From positions 3,963 through 67,962 of the IMG/VR virus record IMGVR_UViG_3300005844_000002: 64,000 nt of DNA. The stretch is one strand, 5' to 3'. The notes beneath the pieces are model-generated. The model saw only the letters and a program-made list of their open reading frames with translations, had not been told where the DNA came from and searched no databases. Positions within the stretch are counted from its first letter, which is position 1. Each line of letters begins with the position of its first letter. Positions 61,129 to 64,000 of the stretch are shown here, one piece after another. The position numbers and the translations under genes were made by a program. This DNA comes from a virus.

Positions 61129-61660
61129 AATCAAAGAAATATGGCTACCCGTTATTGGGCATAAGGGGTACGAGGTTTCTAATATTGGAAGAGTCAGGTC
61201 AATAGACCGATGGGTTAATTATTCCGATGGAAGGGTAGGATTTTACAGGGGTAAGATTTTTAACACAAGAGTTGGTAAGCGTGGGTATTGCTATGTCAGA
61301 TTGAGAAGTAAAAAAACTAACTGCACAGTGCACAGATTAGTGGCACAATCATTTCTTGGCATATCTGACGAACAGCAGGTAGATCACGCAGATGGGAATA
61401 AAACGAATAATTTGCTTTCTAACCTAAGGCCGTGTTCTCGTAGTGAGAACGGAGCCAACTCTTGTATAAAAAATAATAATACCAGTGGATATAAAGGCGT
61501 TCATTTCTATAGGAGTAGAAAAAAATGGACCGCGCACATAGGCGTAAATGGAAGAACTGTTCATCTAGGTTACTTTTTATCCAAGGAAGAGGCTGCCCGC
61601 GCATATGACCAAGCGGCGATCAAATACTTTGGAGAATTCGCGAGGATTAACTGTGTTTAA
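61121..61660 (+). CDS. NUMOD4-HNH-AP2 homing endonuclease
   Basis: EIWLPVIG..GYEVSNIGRV, HRLVA, DHADGNKTNN, SGYKGV, LGYF...AARAYD. Confidence 0.9.
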   Translation: MSEIKEIWLPVIGHKGYEVSNIGRVRSIDRWVNYSDGRVGFYRGKIFNTRVGKRGYCYVRLRSKKTNCTVHRLVAQSFLGISDEQQVDHADGNKTNNLLSNLRPCSRSENGANSCIKNNNTSGYKGVHFYRSRKKWTAHIGVNGRTVHLGYFLSKEEAARAYDQAAIKYFGEFARINCV

Positions 61661-62222
61661 GCTAAAGAAAGACTATCCACGCACGCCTCCAGGGGGCTGG
61701 CACTTTAAGGATAATTCCGGTGTGGTGGTCAACGGTAAAAGCCTGGAAGATCTCATAGAGAATATTGCCGCGTTTCGGTTGCAGAACTCTCTGCCGCCAG
61801 GGCTACCCACTTACGAAGTAACGCTCTTCTACGTTGAACATTTTCCCGATTTCGTGGAACGCACAGACAAGCCCGTTGAGGAACCGGCTAAGACCATCGA
61901 AGATCGTCTGACTGATTGGACTAATAAACTGTGGCGCTCGCCACCCGGTAAACTCATCCCGCTCAAGCTGGCAACCAAGCGCATTGAAACCTGCAATGCC
62001 TGTCCACATAGGAAGGACTGGAGCTCTAGCAACGACGACCAGGATAAAGAGATTGTGCGTAAGCTAGTGATCCTGAGCCAAGGTGTTTACCGTGCAGAGC
62101 TTGGATACTGTGCCGCGCATAAGGCGCATGCGGGGCTGCTCGTGCTAATCAAGGAGCCTGCTGTTTCTAAGATTACCGATGCGTGCTGGATAGGAAAGCC
62201 TGATAGCCTCGTTGACGAATAG
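61653..62222 (+). CDS. Cys-rich conserved phage protein
   Basis: GAGGA SD + GTG; PPGGWHF, CNACP, CW. Confidence 0.7.
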   Translation: MFKLKKDYPRTPPGGWHFKDNSGVVVNGKSLEDLIENIAAFRLQNSLPPGLPTYEVTLFYVEHFPDFVERTDKPVEEPAKTIEDRLTDWTNKLWRSPPGKLIPLKLATKRIETCNACPHRKDWSSSNDDQDKEIVRKLVILSQGVYRAELGYCAAHKAHAGLLVLIKEPAVSKITDACWIGKPDSLVDE

Positions 62223-62242
62223 GTGATACGCTTGGCCGCATT

Positions 62243-62431
62243 ATGGTCGAAGCATTACTAGCTATTCTAATCGTTGGGTTGATCCTCGCTTTGGTTTACT
62301 TCATCGCTACAAAACTCCCCTTTATGGGCGGAGTCCCCCTTCAGATACTGGGAATAATCCTCGCGATTATCTGGATTATTTACGCGCTTGATAGGATCGG
62401 TATCCTTGGCAGCACGCACGTCAGGCTTTAG
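62243..62431 (+). CDS. Two-TM small membrane protein
   Basis: Two hydrophobic helices. Confidence 0.75.
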   Translation: MVEALLAILIVGLILALVYFIATKLPFMGGVPLQILGIILAIIWIIYALDRIGILGSTHVRL

Positions 62432-62547
62432 GATTCCCCAAGCTATCAAATCGGCATCGGTGATATATGGCCCGCATGTAAGTCCAAACATAATTTTATA
62501 AGTTGTTTTTTATCAGTTTTCTAGTCAACAGATTCGTGAACTAAATA

Positions 62548-63999
62548 TTAGATTAACCAGCTTGCTGCCGCGTGAAATAGAGCTAGCCCTGTAGCCATTG
62601 CTGTGCTTAGTAACCCTATGATGGTGTTCATGTTGTCGAGGCTGACACGGAAAGGAGCACCGCCCACACGGAACGAACCTGTATAAGACCATCCCCGTTG
62701 TCCGGTTGGATCTGGAGGAGCATAGAATCCACCATAGATAGTTACGCCGCGATCAGAGTCGTAGATTGCGCCGCGACTCACGCCGCCAAACTGGATGCCA
62801 TGAATGATGTTTTGGCTATAGTCTCCGATGTGAAGCGCTAGGTTTCGGGTAGCGACGCAGGCGCAGACTGGGTCCTGGATTCTCTTGTCGGTGATCTTGC
62901 GGTACATGCCGCCGATTACGCCGCGATTTCCAGCAAACCTGGTGACGTAGGAATAGACTGCGCGGTCTGCGCGGGCTACGGCGAAGAAACTCTGACCGAA
63001 GGCTTGAGGGTTCTGCCCTTCGTCCATGACGCCAGCGGCTTGTACTTGGCCGTAGTAGGAGTCAAAGCGGGACCAGAACATTTGCGTGATGTTGCAGCCA
63101 ACTGAGCCAACTTGGAATGATCCATAGATCTGGACGGGAGCGCCGGAGAAGTAGCCAAACTTGTACCTATCCATGAATGGAGCGATGGAGCATACGTGAA
63201 CTAGCCCGGACTCTGTGCCGATTAGGATCTTTTCAAAGTCGGCAGACCAATCGCCAAAGTGAGAGTTGGTTAATCCACCTGAAGCGAGGAGACACGTAGG
63301 CTTGGTTACCTTAGCCGAGTAAACAAGGGTAGGCTTTAGGCCAGCGTTGCCACCCTGCCAGTTTGAGGGGAACGTGCCAGCGTTCATCGCGTTCTGCGTG
63401 GCCTGCCAGGTTGTCTGGTCTGGCTCTAGGTACTTATTCCAGATGTCCAGGATAAAGGCTGTGCAATCGTAAACAAGAAACTCTCCTTCGGTTTTAGAAG
63501 CTACGGCAATGCATCCAGAGCGAGCAAATGAAGAGTACGTGCCAGAGTTATCCAGGGAACTATTGCGGTAGCCTGCGCGTTGGCCCGCGTCTGCTAGGTT
63601 GATTAGGCCGGGATCTGGGTTGACGGGTTTAAGCGTAGCATCCGTAGCCATGCAGATAGACGTTGGAAAGTTAACGCGCTCGCCATCCATGTTGAAGAGG
63701 TCGAACTCATCAATGCGCTGGCACTTGGTCCAAGAGCCTTCGTTACTAAAGCCGATGTAGGGAGGACTGTGCCCGGGTAGGCCCCAGCCCTGCATAGCGA
63801 ATACGACAACCTTGGCTACGTGACGATTTGTATCCCAGACGATAGAGGCTTTGAACTCGTTCATCGTTGAGATAGCGAATGGTCCGGGAATTTCGCCGGG
63901 GAGAAAGCCTCCTACGGGAACAGGGAACTTATCTCCATCGCGGGAGGTATCGAGTGGCTGGGTTGTGCCCGCGCCGTAAGCATCGTCAATCCAGGCTTC
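62548..63999 (-). CDS. Beta-rich (propeller-like) protein with a C-terminal hydrophobic tail, 5' truncated
   Basis: Frame stays open from 63864 to the window edge (EAWIDDAYGAGTT...). Confidence 0.7.
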   Translation of the reverse strand, partial: EAWIDDAYGAGTTQPLDTSRDGDKFPVPVGGFLPGEIPGPFAISTMNEFKASIVWDTNRHVAKVVVFAMQGWGLPGHSPPYIGFSNEGSWTKCQRIDEFDLFNMDGERVNFPTSICMATDATLKPVNPDPGLINLADAGQRAGYRNSSLDNSGTYSSFARSGCIAVASKTEGEFLVYDCTAFILDIWNKYLEPDQTTWQATQNAMNAGTFPSNWQGGNAGLKPTLVYSAKVTKPTCLLASGGLTNSHFGDWSADFEKILIGTESGLVHVCSIAPFMDRYKFGYFSGAPVQIYGSFQVGSVGCNITQMFWSRFDSYYGQVQAAGVMDEGQNPQAFGQSFFAVARADRAVYSYVTRFAGNRGVIGGMYRKITDKRIQDPVCACVATRNLALHIGDYSQNIIHGIQFGGVSRGAIYDSDRGVTIYGGFYAPPDPTGQRGWSYTGSFRVGGAPFRVSLDNMNTIIGLLSTAMATGLALFHAAASWLI

Positions 64000-64000
64000 A

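Noticed and set aside
1-64000. Stop-codon reassignment or diversity-generating retroelement
   Set aside because: Genes are intact and tightly packed in the standard code; no reverse transcriptase or template/variable repeat pair was seen.

Overview
This window is a partial genome of a tailed dsDNA phage with podovirus-like tail and ejection modules. An Ig-domain gene and a jelly-roll domain resemble those of Verrucomicrobia/PVC bacteria, so that host is a weak inference. Layout: (1) 1-1960, a nearly ORF-free cluster of structured RNAs on the minus strand: a >620-nt multi-stem pseudoknotted RNA (GOLLD-like candidate, truncated at the edge) and several tRNA-mimic units, two ending in ACCA. (2) 1964-16939, a leftward train of small early/accessory genes (SLOG, VRR-NUC, Ig protein, HNHs, ASCH, YegP-like). 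(3) About 17-17.9 kb, a C-rich non-coding divergence point. (4) 19.7-31 kb, a leftward operon: DnaB, methyltransferase-like, portal, scaffold, four glycosyltransferase-like genes and a degenerate subtilase. (5) 31.7-54.3 kb: major capsid, fibres/spikes (one with DUF2961), tail tube/nozzle, 2OG-Fe(II) oxygenase, cupin and ejection proteins; the largest ejection gene carries a nested out-of-frame MPFKSKAQ-type gene with its own SD. (6) SSB, an intein-split exonuclease (class 3 intein, Gly1), terminase large subunit with an apparent non-canonical start, and an HNH. No polymerase, endolysin, integrase or CRISPR array was recognised. All family calls come from motif reading, not database searches.
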